A stretch of DNA of 64,000 nt, from positions 60,388,001 to 60,452,000 of the forward strand of contig OX597828.1 in assembly GCA_951406725.2 (NCBI GenBank), given 5' to 3'. This DNA is from Octopus vulgaris (Eukaryota). The notes under the pieces are model-generated. The model was not told the origin of the DNA. It worked only from the letters and a program-made list of their open reading frames with translations, and did not search any database. This document shows positions 26,931-40,171 of the stretch, in pieces. Both the position numbers and the translations under genes were made by a program. Numbering within the stretch: position 1 is the first letter of the stretch; every line of letters starts with the position of its first letter.

Positions 26931-29061
26931 CTGATAAAGATGAAAAAAAAAAAAAATTATGGTAGTTTTTAAAAAAAAATTTTGTTGAAGAATAATTATG
27001 GACTTGTATGGCTATAAATGTGTTTTAATATTAATAAAATATAAAATTTCTATTCAAATCGGTTTTTTAGTATGAGAATTTCTAACAATATAACGTTTAA
27101 TATGTAATTATTATCGACTATTAAAAAAAACATAACATGAAAAGATATCAAATTTAGAAAAGTAACAGTTTAATATCAATCCTATGTTTGGTTGGCATCA
27201 ATACTGAAATATTCAACCTGAAGTCTGTTGTTGATGATGATGATGATCATGACAACATAATTAACTTAAACGATACTTTATTTCGTTTTGGGATTTGGTT
27301 TGCAAGATTCTTTCTATGAGTTCGTGTGTTGAAGCATATTCTATTGTGTCTGGGGAGAGTTATTTTCTCTGGTAAAGTTTCTACTTTTTTTACCAGTGAG
27401 TGTGCTATATTATAAGACACAAAGAGAAAATGACTCTCCCCAGACACAATAGATTAAATGATACTGATTTCCTGAAATTAATTCAAGCCGGTACTTGGTA
27501 TTAGACGATTTTAAATACTTCTTGATTTTTGGAATAGAGTTGATAAAAAGAATGTATTGTCATTGTCATAGATATTTTTCACATTCACACGCATAGCTGT
27601 GTGGTAAGTTTGCTTCCCAAACACATGATTTCAGGTAGTAAATCCTTTTCAGTAGATTTGTTAGATGGAAACTTAAAGAAGCTCATTGTGTGTGTGTGTG
27701 TGTGTGTGAGACTCTCCTTAATTTGGCATTGTGAAATAGTTGTAAACAAGTGTTACTGTTATAAAAATAGTCCCTGTCTACTCAAGGGGAAAAATTACTT
27801 ACTTGGAAACATACAAGGGTCAGCAGCAGGAAGGGCATCCAGCCATAGAAAATCTACCTCAACAAATTCTTTCCAACCAATGCTATCATAGAAAAGTGGA
27901 CATTGGAATGACTTCTTCTGCTGGCTTAGATTAAATGACAGTAATATAAGATCATTATTAACTCTTAAAGTCCAGTAATGTTATCTGTATATAAATTTCC
28001 CAATTTTGTTAGAAACTAGAAATTTTGATGAAATGCAGTTAGTTCAGCATAAAAATCCTCAAAATGTAACTATTCCATGAATCTGGAGGAAATCTGCCAA
28101 TACAGCATGATGATTGTTTATGTACATTATGAATGTAGTTTTGATTCTTTTATTTTTACCTGTTGTCATTTCATTTTACCTGCCAAGATATGCTGAATAG
28201 AGTTAAGGTGATTACATAAAAATTATTTTCACTTATACTCAGAAGTTATTATTTCTTGGACAAAAAATTCCTGTATTCCTAAATTTGTGATCCACTTATT
28301 CTGTGTGACTTGGAAACTGTATAACTCCCATTATTTACTTTTATTACAATAACTATGCTCTCCTCATAAACCAACCAGTATGTAGGGACTTTACATTTGA
28401 AATATATTAGCAAATTAATGTTTTTATAAAATCCTTACCAGTTTCTAACAAAAGCAATATGAACTTCATGCAAACTCTATTCCTGTTCACTGAAATATCA
28501 CACTAATTATCTTATCCAAGTTCAAGCTCTCTTTATCTTATAAAATCACTAATAAATAAAAACAAATGTTTAATCAACAATATCACCAAAATTCTAACTC
28601 ATCACTTGAGGTATTAATCACTATTATGCAACAAAACCTTGTAAATTAAGTCAATCCAATGAGTAATCCAAACTTAGCTAATATGATAAATTACACTGAT
28701 AATAATTTCACCCAAATTTCATTAATCAACTTTTGGAAGCAATTTTATATTCATTTTCTCGAGATAATATGTTTTGAAGAGCCCTTATATGATTTGCAAA
28801 AAATATCATTCATGATAGAATAATACTCAATTAAAATGATATTACTTTGTTTTTCATGTTTTTTCAGAATAGCATAGGTTAGATGAATATATTATTGATA
28901 TACTGTTTTACAGCCAGATGTGCCTTCCTATCACTAAACCTTATCTGTTTTCCAAGTTAGGAATCTCTCAATCCTCATATCTTCATATGTACTTTTATCC
29001 CAGGTGCAAAAAAACAATTCACACATGAATAGAGAAATAACCTTTCTAATGAAAGAAATAC

Positions 29062-29134
29062 CTTTATTTTTTGCTTCAAAATACTTGAAACTGCCCATCA
29101 TAAATGCGTGAAGTGTTTCATGAAGATGTTTTAC
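29062..29134 (-). CDS. FN3-domain gene, internal exon (VKHLHETLHAFMMGSFKYFEAKNK)
   Basis: ttttaaattttag acceptor, gtattt donor, 73 nt, phase 0 to 1, exactly bridging the flanking exons. Confidence 0.8.
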
Positions 29135-29373
29135 CTAAAATTTAAAAGATAAAAAATGTTCATATTATCATTTCATTCCTTGCAACACTACTATACGCAC
29201 ATTCTTATTTAACCACAAGCATAAAGAAGAAGCATATCTCAACCACGTGGTTTCAAGTGCAGTTCCACTGTGTGGTACCTTGAGCAAATGTCTTTTATTC
29301 TAGTCCTAGTCCAGGGCAGACTAAAGCCTTGTAAATGGATGTGGTAGATGGAAATTGAGAAAGAGAGAGAGAT

Positions 29374-29429
<56 letters not shown>

Positions 29430-29789
29430 GTATGTGTGTGCGTGCACGTGTGTGTGTATGTGTGTGCGTGCTTGTGTCTCTTTGTCTTGACATTGTGCAA
29501 TAGTTGTAAATGCACATCACCATGTACATACCAGCAGTGTCCTTTGGTTTGAAGTTTCAGTGAAAACATGTCTCAGCATGGGAAATACTACTTTGCCTAG
29601 AAACAGGTGAGGGTTGGACGAACAGAGCACACCTGGCCATAGAAAATCTGCTGCAACAAATTCAGTCTAACCCATGCAAGTATGGGAAAGTGGAGGGAAT
29701 ATTGTGTGTATACATGTAATTTGATTTATAAATCTCTTTTTGCAAATTTACCTTGTTTTTATTTGTTATTTATCTGTAAGGTGTATGAA

Positions 29790-30050
29790 AAATTTAGAAC
29801 AGTGCCCTGCGGAATTTGTATTGTTAATGGTATGGATTAGCCACTACCACCTGACTTCTAGTTTCTTTCAGAATATGAAATTCCAATGTTTCATTGTTTT
29901 CCAACTATGTTGGCATCACTTGTCAGTTTGTGCATATCAAGTTCCATGATCGACTTTATCAAAGGCCTGCAAAGTCGAGATATTATCACTTCCACATTTG
30001 AGTGGTTGAGCAGCTTTCAGCACCCAGTCATAGTGTTGTAAATATTGGAT
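29790..30050 (-). mobile_element. Short decayed CR1-type RT fragment
   Basis: Homologous to 58700-58890 (YLDF.KAFDKVDHG region). Confidence 0.7.
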
Positions 30051-31539
30051 ATACATATATATATACATATATACATATATTATATATGACAATTAGATTC
30101 ATAATGAGGCAAAAATTATGCAATAGATTTGGTTAAGAATCTTCTGTAGCAGAAAACATATAGTTTACATATATGTAAATAGAGTAGATAGATGGCACAC
30201 ACACAAGAATATTCAATATACTTATATGATATTATATATACATATATATATATATATATATAATATATATATATATACATAGTATATATAGCTCTCTTGC
30301 CATTTGGCATCTATATATGTATTATATTAGGATCCTGAACTTGGCATTAAATGTGCAAACAAGGTGCAGAGTACTCAACTCCAAAAGTGGTAGAGTAAAA
30401 GCATAAAATTTTCTGCTGTACAATCCCCAGGATATACGTGAAGTGTGGTTGCATATATACATATATACAGACTTTATATTGATAGACTTTGTCAAACAAT
30501 AAAACTGATAAAGAATGTCTTCTCAGATACACCATGAATACTGAAGTAGCAAATTCCAGCTTCTTCTTGTCAAACCCTGTTAAAAATAACAGAAGAAACT
30601 GCCCTTTTGCATTTTGCATTTGATCTGTATATCCTGTTTTCATGCATCTTCAGCAAGGTCCTCATGATACTTAAGCCAAAGCTGCATTTGTAGTGTTTTA
30701 AGAATATGATGACAACAACATTAAGACACTTATATAAATATAGTGAAAAGAACATGAACACATATATTTTGAAATACAAATTGCATCCCACTGAGCTCTT
30801 CAGAAATCCAAACTCTGGAATTTGGCTAATTTTTGAAAAAAATTACTTGAATCTCACACTTCATAGAAAAGTTGTAGAAAGAAGCATTCATGCTGACTTC
30901 TTGTCATCAAATCATCATGTAACATGACCAGACATGCTTTCATGGAAGATTGGAAATGAAGCACACTGCTTGCATGACGTTCACATTTGTTTACGACTAT
31001 CGCAAAAGGCAACGAGACAGTAACACACACACACATCAGTCTTCTTTCAGTTTTTATCTACCAAATCCACTCACAAAGTTGAATGTGCAGCTCTAGAACA
31101 CAAGAACAAAAACAGTTTGTCCCTAGAGAAAGGAGTATTCTTATGAGACCTGACGGACCATGTGGTTGTGCAAACTTCACCCTGAGCATAGCCACACATA
31201 TGGTGAGAATACCTCGGCTCGAAAGAACTTTGTCATGGATTAACTGAGAAAAGTCTACATCAGTCCCATGAAAAGGAGAGAGCTTGATAAAGACCTTGAA
31301 GGTAATAGAAAATGTTTTTGCAGTATTATGTCCCTTACACCTTGTGCTTGCTGTGTTGTGGTTGCATAAGTGAAGTAATCCCACTGGCACTAGTATGGTG
31401 CTGAATACTGTGATATCTTCATAAATGTGAAGGTCAATATCAAATCAGGTCAAAGTTGACAAGAAGGGTACCTGACTATAAAATACTACCTCAATAAGTC
31501 CTATGCAACCTATGCCAGCATCGAAATAGTAGATGCAAA

Positions 31540-32030
31540 AATGATGATGATGATGATGATTGTTTAACATCCGCTTTCCATGCTAGCATGGATTGGACGA
31601 TTTGACTGAGGACTGGCAAACCAGATGGCTGCACAAGGCTCCAATCTGATCTGGCAGAGTTTCTACAGCTGGATGCCCTTCCTAACGCCAACCACTCTGA
31701 GAGTGTAGTGGGTGTTTTTACGTGCCACCAGCATGAGGGCCAGTTTGGTGGTACTGGCTCAAATGGTGCTTTTTATGTGCCACCTGCACAGAAGTCAGTC
31801 CAGTGGCACTGGCAACGACCTTGCTCAAATGTTTTTTCACGTGCCACCAGCACAAGTGCTAGTAAGGCGTTGCAGGCAACGATCACGCTTGAATGGTGCT
31901 TTTAATGTGCCATCGGCACTAGAAATGATCTCACTCGTATGGTGCTCTTTGCACCCTGCTAGCACAGACGCCAGTCATCGATTTTGATTTCACTTGCCTC
32001 AACAGGTTTTCGCAAGCAGAGTTTTAGTGT
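31540..32030 (-). mobile_element. 5'-truncated RTE 3' UTR copy with degenerate 60-bp repeats
   Basis: Reverse-complement homology to 41200-42045. Related copies at 38125-38322(+), 49062-49890(-), 54670-54725(-) and 60272-60520(-). Confidence 0.8.
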
Positions 32031-32032
32031 CC

Positions 32033-32418
32033 CCGGTCAGTTGTAAGCAATGGAGCAACCTCCAAGGAAACACAAATAACAAGCGGTGTCCCACAGGGCA
32101 CTGTCTTGGGGCCACTGATGTTCATAGTGGCCCTTTCAGATTCTCAGTTGCTACGATGTACCACCCTTGCTAGCTATGCAGATGACACAAAAGTCTCCCA
32201 CGCAATACAAAACCCTGAATATATATTGTGCATCTGCAACAGGAGCTGGACACATATATACAGGTGGGCTGAGGACATACATACATGACAGTTTAATGCA
32301 GGTAAGTTCCAGGCCCTGCACTACTGGCACACAAATGTAAACATGAATACTCGATACACTGGCCCAGAAGATATTGCAATCTCTGAGTCAAAATCAGTGC
32401 GTGACCTGGGCATTGACA
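32033..32418 (+). mobile_element. Decayed CR1-type RT fragment
   Basis: VPQGTVLGPLMF, YADDTKV and SVRDLGI motifs. Confidence 0.8.
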
Positions 32419-32467
32419 TATATATATGCATACATATTCTATATATATTGCTACATCTGGTGATATA

Positions 32468-32518
<51 letters not shown>

Positions 32519-32816
32519 GTATATATATATATATATACATATATATCACCACACAATATAAAACTACACAGCAGAACACACAGCAACTCAGAGAACACAC
32601 ATAAGAAAATCGTCTCATATGCAAATATATCAGCTACTGAGAAACACTATATATATATATGCGGTGATATACATCTGGAAAATCCTGATATGTATATAAT
32701 ATATATGGCATATCATATATATATACATATATATATATGCATATATATATATATATATATACATATATATATACATATATCCATATACATATACATATAT
32801 ATATATAGGACCACAC

Positions 32817-32847
<31 letters not shown>

Positions 32848-32848
32848 T

Positions 32849-32883
<35 letters not shown>

Positions 32884-33076
32884 TATATATATATATACAG
32901 ATATATACCTCACAACATAGACGCGGATGCATACAGCATATATATATACATATTGTACACATATACATATATGCCACGTATACATATATGGATATACATA
33001 TATATAGCTACATATATATAGCATATATATATAACATATATATATACATATATATATATAAGGCATATATATATGC

Positions 33077-33118
<42 letters not shown>

Positions 33119-33124
33119 TATATG

Positions 33125-33170
<46 letters not shown>

Positions 33171-33181
33171 CATATATATAC

Positions 33182-33216
<35 letters not shown>

Positions 33217-33221
33217 CATAT

Positions 33222-33254
<33 letters not shown>

Positions 33255-33267
33255 CATACATATATAT

Positions 33268-33305
<38 letters not shown>

Positions 33306-33333
33306 ATACATATATATATATACATATATATAC

Positions 33334-33390
<57 letters not shown>
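32419..33390. repeat. (TA)n/(TACA)n compound microsatellite
   Basis: Direct inspection. Similar tracts at 34755-35108, 37018-38125, 39595-40170, 42047-42835, 55330-55525, 56122-56559, 56794-57566, 59800-60270 and 61575-61963. Confidence 0.97.
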
Positions 33391-33391
33391 T

Positions 33392-34745
33392 AAGATCATA
33401 TAATATGGTGGGGTTGTGTTGACCGCACGTGGAGAAATGATATACAAAAAGATTGTAAAAAAGCAGAAAGAACACATTTTAATGAAAATGGGTGTATGGA
33501 AAAGTTTTTGAAACAATTGATAAACATATATATATATACATAATTCAAACCGGTTTCACGTCATAATGTGACTTTTCAAGAATTGTAGTTTATTTTTTGA
33601 AATGTGAGGAGGGGGACCAAAAAGAAAATTTTCCTATCTGTTGTTTTTATCAGAAAAATATCTAACTATTGTATCTAATTTCTCCTCTAAAAATTAACTC
33701 TACCCGACCATAGTCTCTCGATCATCCTTTTTCAACCCTCGCGTATTTGTCTATCGATCTCCGCCATCTTTGAAGCCTGTTCCCTTAAACAATGACCTTG
33801 AAGTATTGAGATCCAATATTAAATCCATGTGTTGTTTAATTTAATTAAGGGTCTCTTATGCCTGGCAAAACAGGAAGTAGTGGTAGTCCAGTTCCTGTGT
33901 TGTGAATATTGAAATAACTCTATGGGTTTATAAGCTCTTCAATTTGTGTTTATCAATACTTTGTAATAAATGTTAATAAACCTTAAATTATAAAATTATC
34001 ATTTTAGCTTCATTTGCATTATCTTTTTTACATATATATAACTCTGTTTGTTAACTTAACATTCAGATTTATAACACTTTATTCTATATTTTTTCTCCTA
34101 ATTATATAAATTTGTATAAACCAATTTATAATTACATTTCAGATTGTTATGTCATATATAATAAAAATAATAATAATAATATATATAATATATGATATTC
34201 TAAAGAATATAATTTTTAGCTTGAGTGATGACTGCATGGTATCCTTATATATTTGTGTTAGTCCATCGATGAAGAATGAGGTAGAAAAAGAAGTATGATC
34301 AACGAGGAGTCTTGCATATTAAGATGCTTTTTGAATTTTTAAATAAAGAGATTCTCCTTGTTAATTCTCTCCTGTGTGGTGATTCCGTCTTTACATTGGT
34401 AGAAGGGGAATATGTAGAATTTTGGGATTTTCCAGTCAATAGATGAGTCTATGTGGTCACTCAGTGGGATTTGCCAGTATTCCGGAGTATTTTGTTTGTT
34501 CTTTATGCAATACTCTTTTACGTATACAGGAGACTCGTTTGTCCAACATAATTATGTTAACAACCAAGGCATGTGAGAATGTAGATAAGGTTCTCGGAGG
34601 AACATGTGAAGTTGGTCTTGATTTAAACTTCGTTCCTCTGTTTGAAGATAAATTCAGAGCCTTTAAGTAAACAAAGGTGCCACAGTTTGGGCACACATTT
34701 TTTAACTGCTCGTGGATGTGGTGTGTGAAGTTTGGCATTTGTCAA
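33392..34745 (-). mobile_element. Decayed Penelope-like element, 3' part (GIY-YIG endonuclease plus terminal repeat)
   Basis: Frameshifted CPNCGT...KTNFTCSSENLIYILTCLGC*HNYVGQT at ~34530-34700. Flanked by (TA)n on both sides. Confidence 0.75.
33542..33584 (-). ncRNA. Variant/degenerate type-I hammerhead ribozyme (U3-A8 core)
   Basis: Minus strand aattc-UUGAAAA-gtca(catta)tgac-gt-GAAA-ccgg-UU-t-gaatt. Palindromic AAACCGGTTT stem III. Located at the PLE 3' end. Confidence 0.5.
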
Positions 34746-34780
34746 GATTTTTTTATATATATATATATTTTGCCTTTTTT

Positions 34781-34950
<170 letters not shown>

Positions 34951-34967
34951 CGTGTATATATATACAC

Positions 34968-36296
<1,329 letters not shown>

Positions 36297-36396
36297 NNNN
36301 NNNNNNNNNNNNNNNNNNNNNNNNNNNNNNNNNNNNNNNNNNNNNNNNNNNNNNNNNNNNNNNNNNNNNNNNNNNNNNNNNNNNNNNNNNNNNNNN
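36297..36396. other. Assembly gap (100 N)
   Basis: Run of N. Confidence 1.
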
Positions 36397-36901
36397 ATTT
36401 TGGAACTTAATCTAGTTTAGGTAACACTACTTTAGTAAATTAAGTTATTAAAACTTAGCCTTTAGAATTCTCAACATAGCAGTTTTGCACGGAGAGCAAT
36501 AACATGGCAAATTACCTTATCATATAGCATGAAATGATTGTGGATTAATAATGGTTAAATACATCGTCTGTGAGTATGAAATCCCTCATCTTACCACTGG
36601 AAATGTAAATCTTCACTATGGATTAATTCACCTTTTCTGTGAAGCTAATAAGTCTTTAAAAACCTGTGATAAGTCTGTGCTTCATCCTCTTCATATCTCT
36701 GGAAATTTAAATCTACACTATGGATTGATTCATCTTCTCTTCGAAACTAATAAGTTTTTAAAAATCTGTGATAAGTCTGTGCATCATCATTAAGGAAATT
36801 TGGAAAACTGTTTACAACCTATATCTGCCTCTAATGGAACTATCTCCAATATCTCATGAGTATAACCTCACCCACTAAGATGTCTAGAGAACTCAAATGT
36901 A

Positions 36902-36992
36902 TTTTAGCTGATGAGTACGGGACACTTTTATCTGCTGCAATTTTTGCAACTTGTAATAAAGCCTGTCTTTGTATGAAACAATTGTACTAAAA
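36902..36992 (+). ncRNA. Type-I hammerhead ribozyme with canonical core, predicted cleavage after GUA (A36986)
   Basis: Stem I ttttag/ctaaaa; CUGAUGA at 36908-14; stem II GTAC.../...GTAT with a long insert; GAAA at 36975-78; palindromic stem III ACAATTGT. Confidence 0.85.
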
Positions 36993-37018
36993 ACCAATCC
37001 ATTCTTGTTTCTTTCTCG

Positions 37019-37164
<146 letters not shown>

Positions 37165-37315
37165 CATATACATATATATATATATACATATACATATATA
37201 TACATATACATATATATATATACATATATATATATATACATATACATATATATACATATACATATATATATATATACATATACATATATATATATATATA
37301 TACATATATACATAC

Positions 37316-37538
<223 letters not shown>

Positions 37539-37571
37539 CATATATATATATACATATACATATATATATAC

Positions 37572-37644
<73 letters not shown>

Positions 37645-38023
37645 CATATACATATATATACATATATATATATATACATATACATATATATACATATATA
37701 TATATATACATATACATATATATATATATACATATACATATACATATATATATATATATATATAAATATATATATACATATATATACATATATATATACA
37801 TACATATATATATGTACATACATATATATATACATACATATATATACATATATATATACATACATATATATATGTACATACATATATATACATATATATA
37901 TATACATACATATATATATGTACATACATATATATATGTACATACATATATATACATATATATATATACATACATATATATATGTACATACATATATATA
38001 TACATACATATATATACACATAC

Positions 38024-38059
<36 letters not shown>

Positions 38060-38093
38060 ATACATATATATATGTACATACATATATATATAC

Positions 38094-38125
<32 letters not shown>

Positions 38126-38627
38126 GTGCAGGTGGCACGTAAAAAGCACCCGCTACACTCACGGAGTGGTTGGCGTTAGGAAGGGCATCCAGCTGTAGAA
38201 ACATTGCCAGATTAGACTGGAGCCTGGTGCAGCCTTCTGGATTCCCAGAACCCCGGTCGAACCGTCCAACCCATGCTAGCATGGAGAACGGACGTTAAAC
38301 GACGATGATGATGATGATGATGATATATATACACATACATATATATTAATTAATAAGGGTGAGAGAATTAGATACTAATTTAATAGTATATTTATTCAAC
38401 ACCAAGTGGCCTAGTGCTTCGAGAAACCTGGATTATTATAATATTTTATAACATATTATAATATTTTTACAAAATAAATATAAGAGAGTGGTCACTATAT
38501 TGCTCACTCTAGCACCAGTTAATCCAAAAGGTTTCAACCACGAAAAATACATGCTTACCATGAAAGTCAGTACGATTGTTAGCTCACACGGACAGGGCAA
38601 ATAAAAATAACAAAAATACAGATTATT

Positions 38628-38707
38628 TTGGGACAATTGTTTCGCTATTAATGAATTAAATGTAATTTTACTTTTAAAAAAAAATCCATTTGTAGCTCGT
38701 CAGCCAA
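38628..38707 (-). ncRNA. Type-I hammerhead ribozyme (minus-strand copy)
   Basis: Reverse complement of 39360-39438: ttgg-CUGACGA-GCTA...TAGC-GAAA-CAATTG-UC-ccaa. Confidence 0.85.
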
Positions 38708-39359
38708 GACTATCTGGATGAAATCCACTCAATCACACGCCAGATTTTACCATAACGATAAATACGCGTGTGGTTCAATTGATTACATCCGACGTTATTA
38801 TTCAAATGCCCCAACCAACAGCGCGCCAAACTTTCACGGAAAACAAATACAGCATTTAGAAATAAATGCAGCATAATTATAATTAATTAATAAGGGTGAG
38901 AGAATTAGATACTAATTTAATAGTATATTTATTCAACACCAAGTGGCCTAGTGCTTCGAGAAACCTGGATTATTATAATATTTTATAACATATTATAATA
39001 TTTTTACAAAATAAATATAAGAGAGTGGTCACTATATTGCTCACTCTAGCACCAGTTAATCCAAAAGGTTTCAACCACGAAAATACATGCTTACCATGAA
39101 AGTCAGTACGATTGTTAGCTCAACTTGGTGTTGAATAAATATACTATTAAATTAGTATCTAATTCTCTCACCCTTATTAATTAATTATAATTATGCTGCA
39201 TTTATTTCTAAATGCTGTATTTGTTTTCCGTGAAAGTTTGGCGCGCTGTTGGTTGGGGCATTTGAATTATAACGTCGGATGTAATCAATTGAACCACACG
39301 CGTATTTATCGTTATGGTAAAATCTGGCGTGTGATTGAGTGGATTTCATCCAGATAGTC

Positions 39360-39438
39360 TTGGCTGACGAGCTACAAATGGATTTTTTTTGTAAGTAAAA
39401 TTACATTTAATTCATTAATAGCGAAACAATTGTCCCAA
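39360..39438 (+). ncRNA. Type-I hammerhead ribozyme with canonical core, predicted cleavage after GUC (C39434)
   Basis: Stem I ttgg/ccaa; CUGACGA at 39364-70; stem II GCTA (39371-74)/TAGC (39419-22); GAAA at 39423-26; palindromic ACAATTGT. Confidence 0.85.
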
Positions 39439-39703
39439 AATAATCTGTATTTTTGTTATTTTTTATTTGCCCTGTCCGTGTGAGCTAACAATCGTACTGA
39501 CTTTCATGGTAAGCATGTATTTTCGTGGTTGAAACCTTTTGGATTAACTGGTGCTAGAGTGAGCAATATAGTGACCACTCTCTTATATTTATTATACACA
39601 TACATATATATATATATATATACATACATACATATATATATACATACATATATATATATATATACATACATATATATATATACATACGTATATATATATA
39701 TAT

Positions 39704-39734
<31 letters not shown>

Positions 39735-40015
39735 CATACATACATATATATATACATACATACACATATATATACATACATATACACACATATATATATA
39801 TATATATACATACATACATATATATATATACATACATACATATATATATATACATACATATATATATACATACATACATATATATATATATATACATACA
39901 TACATACATATATATATATATACATACATATATATATATATATATACATACATATATATATATATATATACATACATATATATATATATATACATACATA
40001 TATATATATATATAC

Positions 40016-40048
<33 letters not shown>

Positions 40049-40073
40049 CATACATATGTATATACATACATAC

Positions 40074-40107
<34 letters not shown>

Positions 40108-40108
40108 A

Positions 40109-40144
<36 letters not shown>

Positions 40145-40171
40145 TATATACATACCTACACACATACATAT

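Larger units (their letters stand above)
38348..39592. mobile_element. Non-coding hammerhead-bearing element: 537-bp unit, partial tandem copy and inverted copy (PLE pseudo-LTR/retrozyme-like)
   Basis: 38351 repeats at 38888 (period 537) up to 39121. 39123-39592 is the reverse complement of ~38473-38944. Microsatellite-type sequence on both flanks. Confidence 0.8.

Noticed and set aside
36597-36790. ORF 36551-36793 with a duplicated peptide
   Set aside because: Explained by a 102-bp tandem duplication inside the hammerhead-bearing element; no coding evidence.
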